The position numbers and the translations under genes were made by a program. A model generated the notes under the pieces. It was not told the DNA's origin, made no database searches, and worked only from the letters and a program-made list of their open reading frames with translations. This document shows, one piece after another, positions 26,801 to 39,400 of a stretch of DNA of 64,000 bases. How positions within the stretch are numbered: position 1 is the stretch's first letter; each line of letters begins with the position of its first letter. Source of the stretch: Octopus vulgaris (Eukaryota); assembly GCA_951406725.2 (NCBI GenBank), contig OX597814.1, positions 11,904,001 through 11,968,000 of the forward strand, given 5' to 3'.

Positions 26801-29800
26801 CAGTAAATAACCTATGTTTACCTGGTGTAGTCACATGTTTTCACCTATACAATGATGTGGAATACATTGACATGTGGATTTAACTATGAATAGGTAAATG
26901 TGTGAGGTTTCAGTGGCTTAACTCTGGTTTCCATAGCATTAAGTAAACATGGAATAATTTCTTTTGCATTGCTTTCTGTAGAAAGGGATGACAACAATGT
27001 AAGTTACTAAAATAATTGTCTGTTCCACAACACTACTTATTGTTTATAGTGGTGAATTATTAGAGTGTCTGTATTAACTGGTTGGAACTTGGTGAACTTA
27101 GCTATTGAGAGCCGGATACTATTGTGAACAATGCAGTATTAGAGAGATATGAATTGTTGAGCTCTCAACTGGTTGTCTGGAAGCCTCTCACTTGAACTAC
27201 TTGAGACTTTTCAAATGTATAATGCCATAATTCATTGGGTGTTCAGGGATACTAATGAAATCTTTGTCATTGTGTAATATCTCTTTGACAAGCTCACTTG
27301 CCATTTCTATTACCTATAGTCACAAGAGAAATTAAACTAACAAATGTATGTATTGCTACTGCTGTAACTTACAACTGTGTGTTCTCTGCAATTTTTATAT
27401 ATAGTTAGATATGCTGGGCCACTCCAGAGTCAAATGCCTTGAGACATAACATAGCACTTGTGACAGGATGCGTACTTTCAATCTCTCAGTTAGTTGTCCA
27501 GTACTCATCACTACATTTCTTCAGAAGTATTAAGATATGTATATTAGCTATTTTACAAGCATGCTTAGTTTGATAGTGTAGAAAAGACAGTAAATATACA
27601 CATTTGCATTTGAAATAGCGTCAGGTCAAAATAATGATGTGTATAACATTTATAATGTGTGTACATACATGAAATGACAACCAGCTGTGGTATTTTGTCT
27701 CTGAGAAACTTCTCAAAGAGACTATATGATTGGTTTTTTTTTTAACATATAAATCTCTTTCACTGCAATGAAATATGGCTGTTGTTGTTCTATGTTTGTG
27801 TATAGATTAAAAGTGGTATGCACATTGTTATTTTAATCAAATGCTGTTTCAAGCATATTCTCGTGTGGCCATCATCATCATAAATCAGTGAATGTTTTGT
27901 TTATTGACTTCCATATTGGAACAAAGGTTTTTCTCCTTAACTTTGAATGTTTGAAGAAGTTTGTCATTCAGGAGATCAAATTAGGTCAAAACACTGAGTC
28001 TGACGATCCTTTGACAACATTCTGAGTGAGCTCTGTATTTTTCGACAGACTAAGTCTCTTCAGGAAGCTTCTCTGAGTCAAAATATTACAGCTAGTGCTA
28101 TTTCACTTTATATATACACTGTTATATGCAGTGTAAGTACTCAAATATCAAATTTATATTTTAACTATACTGAATAAAAATATGTCTTTGAGACTCTCTC
28201 TTTTACTCTTTGACTTGTTTCAGTCATTTGACTGTGGCCATGCTGGAGCACCGCCTTTAGTCGAGCAAATTGACCCTGGGACTTATTCTTTGTAAGCCCA
28301 GTACTTATTTTATCGGTCTCTTTTGCCGAACCGCTAAGTGATGGGGACGTAAACACAGCAGCATCGGTTGTCAAGCAATGCTAGGGGGACAAACACACAC
28401 ACATATATATATATACATATATACGACAGGCTTCTTTCAGTTTCCGTCTACCAAATTCACTCACAAGGCATTGGTCGGCCCGGGGCAATAGCAGAAGACA
28501 TTTGCCCAAGATGCCACACAGTGAGACTGAACCTGGAACCATGTGGTTGGTTAGCAAGCTACTTACCACACAGCCACTCCTGTCCATGATTGTTACACAT
28601 ATTTGTTTCAATGTCTACAGAAATTCAGTGTAAATTCACCAATTTTGAAGCAGCAGTCATTTAACATGCTTTGCAATTTTGAGTTTGGTTGTTAACTGTG
28701 TTAACTTTGCTTTTTCAGTCCTTTCAGTAGCTGGTACATAAATATTTATGACTTGTAGGCACATAGTATTTTGTTATGCAACCATAATTTGCTACCAAGT
28801 ATATTAAATGTTTTTTATAAGTCAGTACCATGCACTATTGTGTTAGCAGTGCCTTTAAATCACCTGTAGAGATGTCCTTTCAGTAGCTGATAAAATAAGT
28901 TCCAGTCATGTACAGGGATTCATTTAATCCATCATTCAATCTCATAAAAGATGTGGCTCTGTACCTAAATTAGAAATTTATATTAAGAGATTTATAAATC
29001 AACTAGCAGTATCGCCCGGCGTTGCTCAGGTTTGTAAGGGAAATAACTATAAAGCATTTTTAGAGAGTTATAGCCAAAAAATAGCAAAAAAATGGAAAAA
29101 AAATGATGGTAAATTTTTTTTGAGAGTTAAAAAAGGTGGAGTTGCGTCCCCTAGACGGTCTGTGGTTTGGGTTTCTGATTCTCGACCCCATGTCGAATTT
29201 ATCGATTTTTTTCAGAACTGGGGGAACTTTTCAAAATTTTCGCTGCGTTAGTTTTGAATTATGACATTGGGCTATGTGTGTGTCAAGTTTCATCAGAATC
29301 GGTTGAAAGCAGTGGTTAGGGTGAGGGTACGAGAAAACAGACACACAGAAACACGCACAGACAAACTGCCGTTTATATAGAGAGAGATGTTAAGATTAGG
29401 ACTCTTTGTTATGTAAATAGTATTAACTAATGTTAATTAATTAAAATGTACTATATTTCTATGGCTCTGTTTGTCTTGGCTTGATACATTACTGGCTAGT
29501 ACTGCTGGCAAAATGTAGCCTCTGAAGTGTTTGAGATATAAATCTTCCTAATAGAATACTAGTGATCATAAATTGTATTTTCATCAGCTTTGGAAGCCCT
29601 TTAAACTGGTTTCTTAACCCTTTCATTACCAACCCGGCCAAAACCGGCTCTGGCTCTGTTGTACAAATGTCTTGTTTTCATAAGTTTTAAATTAAAATCT
29701 TCCACCAAACCTTAGTCACAATTTATGTTCCTAACACTAGCTTAATGATAACCAAGTTATTTTATTAAATTCTTTGTTATATTTAAAATAATTGGAAGAA

Positions 29801-32800
29801 ACACAGAGCATCTCAAAATAAATACGGTAACGAAAGGGTTAAGGTAAAAGAGAGATAATTCTACTTTGTAGACAGCAAGATACTAGTCTTCAGTAGCTAA
29901 CTTCCTCAGCTGTTCTGGTGCCATGTACTAATATTCATTGCTTTTCTAGCTTTATACTGTTAAAGCCACAATACTTAAAGCAAACTACGGACATGTGACA
30001 TTCATACTTTTCACAAAGGCATTAATGGCATGATTTTATTTGTAAATTTCATGCAATTGAAAATAAATTTATACACAATTATATGGCAAAAGTGTTGAGT
30101 GATGGACAAAATATCATGTATTTTAGTTATCTCTATATATATAAACGGCAAAATGTCTGTGTGTGTCCCCTTTATACAAATCCACAATTTTTTAGTTAGA
30201 GGGCTCGCACTTTCTATGGTCATTCAAAACCGTCCAAGGGTGGTCGTGCACATCTTTTCATTTCCCCAGGCACCCTGCAAAACCATTAAAAAAAATCAAT
30301 AGAAGTGACCTTTTTGTGAATTTTCTATCCAAAACCCAATCAAAATGCCCGAAACTTGATACGCCAATTGAATGCCAGCTAGCTGTATGTGATTGGTCGG
30401 AAATTTGGACAGTACTCGCATGTATGTGCGCACGCACGCAGCTGTATATGCATGCACTAGCACTATGACCTGGCGTTGCCGGGTCATAGTGCTAGTTTCC
30501 CATAATGTCCTGTCTTCAAATTCTGCCAGAGTTGATTCTACTGTTTATCTTTTCAGTTTTGATAAAATAAGTAGATTACTCAAATAATGAAGTTGATAGA
30601 ATTGACTATTATCACTTCCCACTGAAACTTGTAGCCCCTGTCTGTTAAAAATCATCATTAATAGCATAGTTGTGTCCTAAGGAAGGTTTGCTTGTGCTCT
30701 GTTCATAGCAACAGTTCATTAAACCCTCCTTTCACTTTTGTAACAAAAACTTCTGTGTGTATGTTATATTGGTCAGAATACAAAGAAGGCCAGATAAGGA
30801 ATGGAATCTTAATTGTAGACTTGTCTGGCTAAAATGTGACCACTCTCTAACACTTGCTCTAGTAGGTAGCTAATATGAACCAACTTGATAAATTTACAAT
30901 TTATTTTGTTTCTGCTCAACAATATCATCATTAGCTTTCTTCTACTTTTCAGGTCGAATATACCGATGTTTATTCACAGGATCTGTGAGCTCTTTATTAA
31001 CCTTACCTTTGGATATGTTATCCACGTAAGTTTAACTTTTTATCTTATGTGGGAGTATCTTATTCAGGTAGTAGTTGAACAATATTCTTAAGGCCGCAAT
31101 TTACTTACGTGCAGCATCTTTCAGAGCTTTGTTGCTAATTCAGTTCTTAACCAAATTGAAAACTGTTAACATCTTTGAAGAGGACTGGTCCCTAGCTACA
31201 TTTTGGCATAAAAAGAATTGAGATTTGATCCAGTAGAAAAACGTTTACATCAAAATTTGTAGCAATGTTATAGGAGAGTAAGTAATGCCCCCAATCAAGT
31301 TTAGATCTAAATAACTTTGTTATAAGCAAAATATATTTGTCTTAGCTCCAATGATAGAAGGAAGCATGAGGAATTTCATAGTTTTGATCCCATGCAACAA
31401 AAATTTATGTCAAAAAAGTTGTGAGGTAAAATATCATGAAAAAAATATAAGTAAAGCAAAAAAATTGGATATAAGTATAATTAACTTTTTTTATCTTAAA
31501 AACGAACTATATTTTAATTAAGCTTAAATGATAGAGCTCAATTTGAGGAATTTCATAGTATAAATCTCATGCAATGAAATTTTAAAAGAAAAAAGTTATA
31601 AGTGTTTGTTTCTCAAATTCGAGGTAGATAATATAGTTCTACACTTTATGAATATAGTTCTATAAGAGGACTTTGAATATATGTCACTGGCATCATTGAG
31701 ATAAAGAAAAAATTATTGACGACACCACTAATTTGCAATTAGTTTAATGTATTAATTAATGCAATTATATCATGTAAACACAGTCCCATAATATCTGAGA
31801 TGAGAAACAGAATCGTAGTAGTTTACATTGACAGGAATTACTCACTTTTTAAGACTTCTCAAAGAATCATTTAACTATGGTAGTTGAATAATATTCTTAA
31901 GGCTGCAATTTACTCATACGCAGCCTCTTTCAGAGTTTTGTTGCTAATTCAGTTCTTAACCAAATTGAAAGCTGTTAACATTTTTGAAGAGGACTGGTCC
32001 CTGTAAGTAACCCCTTAAATCAAGTTTAGATCTAAATAACTTTTTTTTTTATTTTAAAAGCTTAAGTGATAGAAGAAAGCATGAGGAATTTCATAGCTTT
32101 GGTCCTATGCAACAAAAATTTGTATAAAAAATGTTGTGAAGTAAAATATGAAAAAATATATAAGTAAGGCAAAAAAAATTGGACTTAAGTATAATCAACT
32201 TTTTTATATTAAAAACAAACTATATTTTAATTAAGCTTAAATGATAGAACTCAATTTGAGGAATTTCATAGTATTAATCTCATACAATGAAGTTTCAAAG
32301 AAACCCCCCACTACCACCCTCAATTTGAAACCACCCACCCACCAGCCATTTTTACCCTCTACCCCAGACTGCCTTCACAAATTTGCAGGTGGGTGATACT
32401 GCCCAATTTTTGCCTTCACCTCTTTTTCTATTTTAATTTTGTAATGAGTCAATGTAAATAAAGTGCTCTTCAAATACTAATCTTATTTTAATTTTTTTTA
32501 GTATAAAACTTTTTATTTTAATTCAATAATAATAATAATAATTCAGTCACAAAAATGAAAAAAAAAAATATTATTTAGAAATTTATTAAATTTACTATTC
32601 AATTTTCAATGAGGTCAAATCTTAAATTATTAATTGACACATTATTAATTAGCATAACAGCATAGCCTGGAAAAACATGGATTACATGGAAAAATGCGAG
32701 CTTGAGAAATAATATTCTTAAGATTATAAACCTGGAAAAGTACAAGACAAATTATTTCACTTGGAAAAGTTCAGGACAAGTTAATATATCTAGTAAAGTA

Positions 32801-33405
32801 CAGAACAAGAAAATCTTTACTTAAAATATTGCAACTAAGGATAAAATTTGAATATTAAAAATTATTTAATTTTAATTTACAAAGTAACATAATTAAAAAG
32901 GTACCATAATTTTGTTAAAATATCGACACACTAGAATACTTTGAAGAATGAGAGCCAGAAGTACCAATATAGCTAAAGTTTTATGCAAAGTATCATAGTA
33001 TATATATAGTGGGCAAATTCATTATGTAAAAGATGGGCATTGAGTCAAGACTAAAAATGTGAAGACTTGGCAATAACTCAAGCAAATTTTACTGTGAATT
33101 TGTTATAGGTAGATTTTACTGTAATATATAATTAATTTCTGTATTATTCTAGTTATTGTACTAATTATGTACTACTATTATTTTTTAGAACCTATTTTCA
33201 AATTCTTAATTATTAATTAATAATTAAAAAAATGAATTTCTTAAAGTGCTGGCTGTGTGCCAAAATTTGAAACACAAATTCTGCTGAGGTTGACTCTACC
33301 TTCACCCTTTTGGGGATGATAATATAAGTACCCGTTGAACATGGGTTGATATAATGACTATCTCACTTCCCCTAAATTTGCTGTCTTTGTACCAAAATTT
33401 AAAGC

Positions 33406-33446
<41 letters not shown>

Positions 33447-36400
33447 GTTACTGTTATTATTATAATTGTTATCATTTATCTTTCAGAGAAAATATAGTAT
33501 CAGATTCTTTTCAAGGTTGTTTTGTGGTGACTTGCACACTGTGTGCGTTTATTAGTTTAGTTTGGTTGAGAGAACAAATTCTCCATGGTGGTGGCCCTGA
33601 CTGGTTGGAACATGAAGATGAAGCAAATAACCAAGGAAGGGTAAGTTAGCAGTTGTTTTTCTTTTTCCTCTGCTTTCAGCCACTATTGTCAGCTTAAAGT
33701 ATTTGAAAATAGATCGTTGTTGGAGTTTGCAGTTGTTTTATTACTCTCTCTCTTTCTCTCTCTCCTCTCCTCCTCTTCTTCTTCATTCCACTATGGTGAA
33801 TGATGTTGGAGTGAATTTATTTAGATTTTGTAGGATATGACAGAAACCTGGCGCTATGAGTAACCCTTTAGGCGGCTGCTCTGTTTGTTGGCACACTAAC
33901 TTACAATCACTGATTGATTTCTATCTGGGTTACATAAGATTCAGAGTAATAATTACCAACAGCTCATAAATTGTTGGGTTTTTTTTTTCCCCACTCCCTT
34001 TTCCCAGTCTCAGAAGTCCTACAGAGAGCTTGCTTGCTGCCCAAAGAAAAGGTGGATTGGCTTGACTTAGTTTTGATTTTTGTTGGAATTACTTTAACCC
34101 TTTAGTTTTCAGATTATTTGTCAAATGTAATATCTATTTATTAGACATTGTTTTGAATTAATCATGCATCATCTTTGAGATTTCAATGATGTGATTGTTA
34201 ATTTTTAGAAGGACACTGCAGAGTAGTTGTGAGAGGTTGCATTGCATCTGACTGGTCTGAACAAAAAACAGGTAGAACATTGAGGCTGGATATGGCCGGT
34301 TGGAATGCTAAAGGGTTAAAGATCACTTACCTTTGTCTATCTGCAGAGAGAAATCTAGCTTATGACTTTTTATAACCTTTAAATGATTTTACTAAATCAT
34401 TTAATCTGATTTACATAAATAATACTGGTTATGCATTCAATTATATAAATCACTGATGCACTACATTGTGTGATTGGTACATTAAAGTACACCTATGCAA
34501 TCAGTGGAAGCTTTTATCTGATACTGTGATGGAGACATGACTAGACATTTCTCTTTCCCCTTCCCAGTCTAGTGAGAAGGGGAAAGAGAATCATTGTGGT
34601 GTAGGGAACACTTATTTATGATTTTCATAATCACTTTTACTTTGAAATATACCTTAACGCATGTCTCTATAAGAAGTACAAGATTTGAGCCATTGCTATG
34701 ATGTATAACTGAAAACATCATCATCATCATCGTTTAACGTCCGCTTTCCATGCTAGCATGGGTTGGACGATTTTGACTGCAGCCATCTGGTTTGCCAGCC
34801 CTCAGTCAAAATCATCCAACCCATGCTAGCATGGAAAGCGGACGTTAAACGATGATGATGATGATGTTTTTTTCAGTTATACATCATAGCAATGGCTCAA
34901 ATCTTGTACTTCTTATTGAGACATGCGTTAATATATATTTCAAAGTAAAAGTGATTTTGAAAATCATAAATAAATGTTCCCTATACCACAATGATTCACT
35001 TTCCCCTTCCCACTAGACTGTGATAATGTTTCCCCTGAAAGAGAGGTTGTTGCCATTGACATGGTAAAAGTTTTGATTGTGTTTGGTTTGAAGATCTAGA
35101 AAAGTCGCTTACGTTTGTGCTCAATGTGATTGTAGATCACTGGAAACAAAAGCATTTTGTCAGGTTAGTTCTCATTGATGTAAATGTTGCTAGTTTTCTA
35201 TAACCTTGTCGACCTGTGGTTCAGGGATCTGGCATCTCTCTGAAATGCTTCTTGTGTTTTATAAACAACTGTCTCTCTTATTTTGACTATGAATACATAT
35301 CCATGCACACTAACACACTAGACATTGTCAGATACTATCACTTATGGAAATGCACTGCTTTGTATCTTAAGTAGTGCAATTTCTCTGAGTCAGCTACATT
35401 AACCAGAGTAAAGATCATGACTATGATATTAAACATCTCACCAAGGAACACATTTTGTCTACATATGACTTCAATGTATTCTCTCAGAACTGCATATCTA
35501 TGAACTAACAAAGGAGCTTCTATGTAGTTGTTGAATGTGTTGGAAGTAGCAACCAAATCGTCCTCAAATCACACCTTACTTTCTTAAAAAATGCAAGGAT
35601 ACATTAGATGATGGAACCGATCAACGGAACAGCCTGCTCGTGAAATAAATGTGTAAGTGGCTGAGCACTCCACAGACACGTGTACCCTTAACGTAGTTCT
35701 CGGGGGTATTCAGCGTGACACAGAGAGTGACAAGGCCGGCCCTTTGAAATACAGGTACAACAGAAACAGGAAGTAAGAGTGAGAGAAAGTTGTGGTGAAA
35801 GAGTACAGCAGGGATCACCACCATCCCCTGCCGGAGCCTGGTGGAGCTTTAGGTGTTTTCGCTCAATAAACACTCACAACGCCTGGTCTGGGAATCGAAA
35901 CCGCGATCCTACGACCGTGAGTCTGCTGCCCTAACCACTGGGCCATTGTGCCTCCACAATACATTAGATAATGTTATCTTGGATGCACTATACCTCAGGA
36001 AGAGACCAGATGGTTATGACCAGAATACTTTTAATCTGAAGTTTGCCCAATCAAACTTAATAACTGAAGTTACACATCACAGAGCAGCGATGTAAGAAAA
36101 CAACCTATAATGAAATATATTTTGTTGACTTTAATTTTCATTGGAGGCAAATATATTTTTGCACCTTACTATCTTGGCTCACCCAAATAAAATTTATAAC
36201 AGTTCCTTCTCCTCTCTTTCTCCATATAAATGATTGGTGAATCTTATTAAGTATAGTCAACGGTTAAGCTTTTTGTTTAGTTTGGTGTAATTCCCTGTTA
36301 TTTCCTTTCTTTCACAACTTCTTGATATCTGTCTAAATTTTGTCTTCACTAATTTTCCTCCTCAATCCCACAAAAGCATCTTTATTTTTCTGAACTCTCC

Positions 36401-39400
36401 ATCTCCTTATAAACTGCCTTCATGGTCAGGCTTTCCAGTCTTTAATATTCTAACCTTTCTCTCTTGTTGGGAAACAAACAACATTCCTTTACTAGAGATA
36501 GTCTTAAGTATTCACAAGAAATTTGGCACCATGACAACATCTGTTTCTCTGATGGGATGAAAATCAAAGTTGGCACTAGCTGGTAACTTGATTCTGCAAC
36601 TCAGTGGCAAACAGTATAGCGCAAGAAGTAAGCTGACTTAGCAGGTCAAATTTATAAACTAGGATTTGAATTTCATTTTGCGTATGTCGTTAATATCCTT
36701 GGAAGATAAACAAAAAGAAAACATGATCACAACCTTAGATTTTCTCCTTTCTTATAATATAGGGTATTTGTACCTAGTTACAACAAACCAATTATGTATT
36801 TTGTTTATAAATTCCAGAATTTCTTTGAAGGGGGAGTAATGAATAATTTGATGGGTATGGCACCTATTGGTCGTGGCATGGTTGGTAATGCCAATGCAGA
36901 AGGTAATGGAGCTGCTGCTGGTGCAGGAGAAGGTGGAAACCTGAATGAAGAAGGCTTAGCTGGAGCACCAGAAGTGGAAGTCTTTGATGTAATTGCAATG
37001 GGTCCTAACAATGCTGCTCAAGGTGAGTTATGTTTTACTATTGCAGTTTAACCCTTTAGTGTTCGCATTATTCTGCCAAAATTAATGCTTCTTGATCCAC
37101 ATTGTTTTGAACTAATCATGCATTATCTCGTAGCTATGAGATTTTGATAGGGTAGCTGTTAATTTCTAAAACAATTTGGTGTGAGAGACCAGATCTGGCC
37201 AGTTTGAACATAAAACAGGCAGAATACTTTTGGCCGGATATAGCCGGTTTAAATGATAAAGGGTTAAGTTGGATGTTAAATCATTTTTGTTATAGTGTTT
37301 TTATATTTCATCATCATATGTCTGTTGTCCATGCTGGCATAGGTTGGCTGGTGTGACCAGAACTGGCAAGCTGGTGGGGCTGCACCAGACTCCAGTCTGA
37401 TTTGGTATGGTTTCTATGACTGGATGCCTTCCCTAACATCAACCACTTTACAGAGTGTGCTGGATGCTTTTACATGACACTGCATGAGCACTTTTATGTC
37501 ACACTGCACAGGTGCTTTTATGTGTTTTACTCAACCAGAAGGATCAGTCTGAACACTTCTGCTGCAGGATACAAGTCACCAGACACCAGGTATCTCAGTT
37601 CTTTGTCATCTCACCTGGAAGGTTCAGTTTCCTGGAGTTGTTCTTTTTATATTATTAAATGTTTTTTAACATTAATTCAATCTACAGCAATTTTGAATAG
37701 TAACAATAATATTTAAGTATCACATTAAACCTAGCTGTAGAAACTCTGCCAGATCAAGATTGGAGCCTGGTGCAGCCATCTAGTTCGCCAGCCCTCAGTC
37801 AAATCGTCCAACCCATGCTAGCATGGAAAGTGGACGTTAAACGATTATGATGATCATCATCATCTTGTTCGACCGCGGTCGAGACAATGGAATTTACCAT
37901 GCTACGCCAGACTTCACGGTCCATCATGGCATTACGGAGGTCCTGTTGCTGGATGCCTGTATCCCTGGAGATTACATCAGGGTAGGAGAGTGTGTGCCCT
38001 CTGGTATTGCGAGTAGATGGCTTCCAGAGGAGAAGAGTAGAAGATACCAACTTGCCTGAGCCTTTTTTGTTTTATAATACAAAACCAGTCTGTTTTTTAG
38101 AATGTTTATATCTAAATTAAAAAATTCCATCAAAATTTTGTACAAGTACCTTTTGTTATGTTATGTTCCTAACACCAGTTTATAATAATGAAAATTTTAT
38201 AGTCTCACCAAATTCTTAATTGTTTTCGTTATTAATTGAAACATAGAGCAATGAATTTCATGAGAAATATGGTCTTGAATGTGTTGTGTTTTTGATCTTC
38301 TGCATCTTCCTATTTAGTGTTGTATGGGTTATGCTAAGTAACGCTGTCTTGTGTGTTATTTAGTTTGAGGGACTCCTCAAAATCTTACAAGTGGACTCTT
38401 CTGTTATAGCTCAGAATGAGCAAAAACTCCAATTATAATTGAGATTATATAGCTCTTTATTCCTTAGATATTCAATACCATTGGCTTTAAATCTCTAATC
38501 TTGCATAATTGTCTCTCTCTTTGTTTTGTGCAAGATTACTGTCAAACAGAACAGAGCCATTCACTAGTTGATAAATTCTATTTGCTTTCTCTTTAATGAC
38601 TGTCTGGCTTGTTATTGGTAATATTTTTATTATCATTGATAGTCGGAGTGTTCTAGAAGAGCTGGCAGAAACGTTAGCACGCCGGGCAAAATTCTTAGCG
38701 GTATTTCGTCTGCGTTACGTTGTGATTTCAAATTCCGCCGAGGTCGACTTTGCCTTTCATCCTTTCGGGGTCGATAAATTAAGTACCAGTTACGCACTGG
38801 GGTCGATGTAATCGACTTAATACCTATGTCTGTCCTTGTTTGTCCCCTCTGTGTTTAGCCCCTTGTGGGTAATAAAGAAATAGGTATACCTGCTCATTGT
38901 TACTAATTATGAGAGATGTTTGTATTGTTGTCACTGACTTGTATATCTGTGGCTATACATATTTCCTGGAGGGTGATACAAGCCAGCCTAATTATATTGC
39001 TATATTCATATTCAAATTTAGCTAATTGAACATCCAGCATTGATGTGAACAGCATCAAGGTGCTGGCATGGCTGTGTGGTAAGGAGAAGGCTTCCCAACC
39101 ACATAGTTTCAGGTTCAGCCTTACTGCATGGTACCTTGGTCAAGTGTCTCCTACTATAGAGCCTTGTGAGTGGACTTGGTAGATGGAAAATGAAAGAAGC
39201 TCATACTAAATGTGTGTGTGTGTGTGTGTGTGTGTATGCTTGTGTTAATGTCTCCTTACCATGACATAGCCTGATTTGTGAGCAAGTATCACCATCATGC
39301 AAGTGGTATTTTCTGGCAGAAACGTTAGCATGCCGGGCGAAATGCTTAGCGGTATTTCGTCTGCGTTACGTTGTGAGTTCAAATTCCGCCGAGGTCGACT

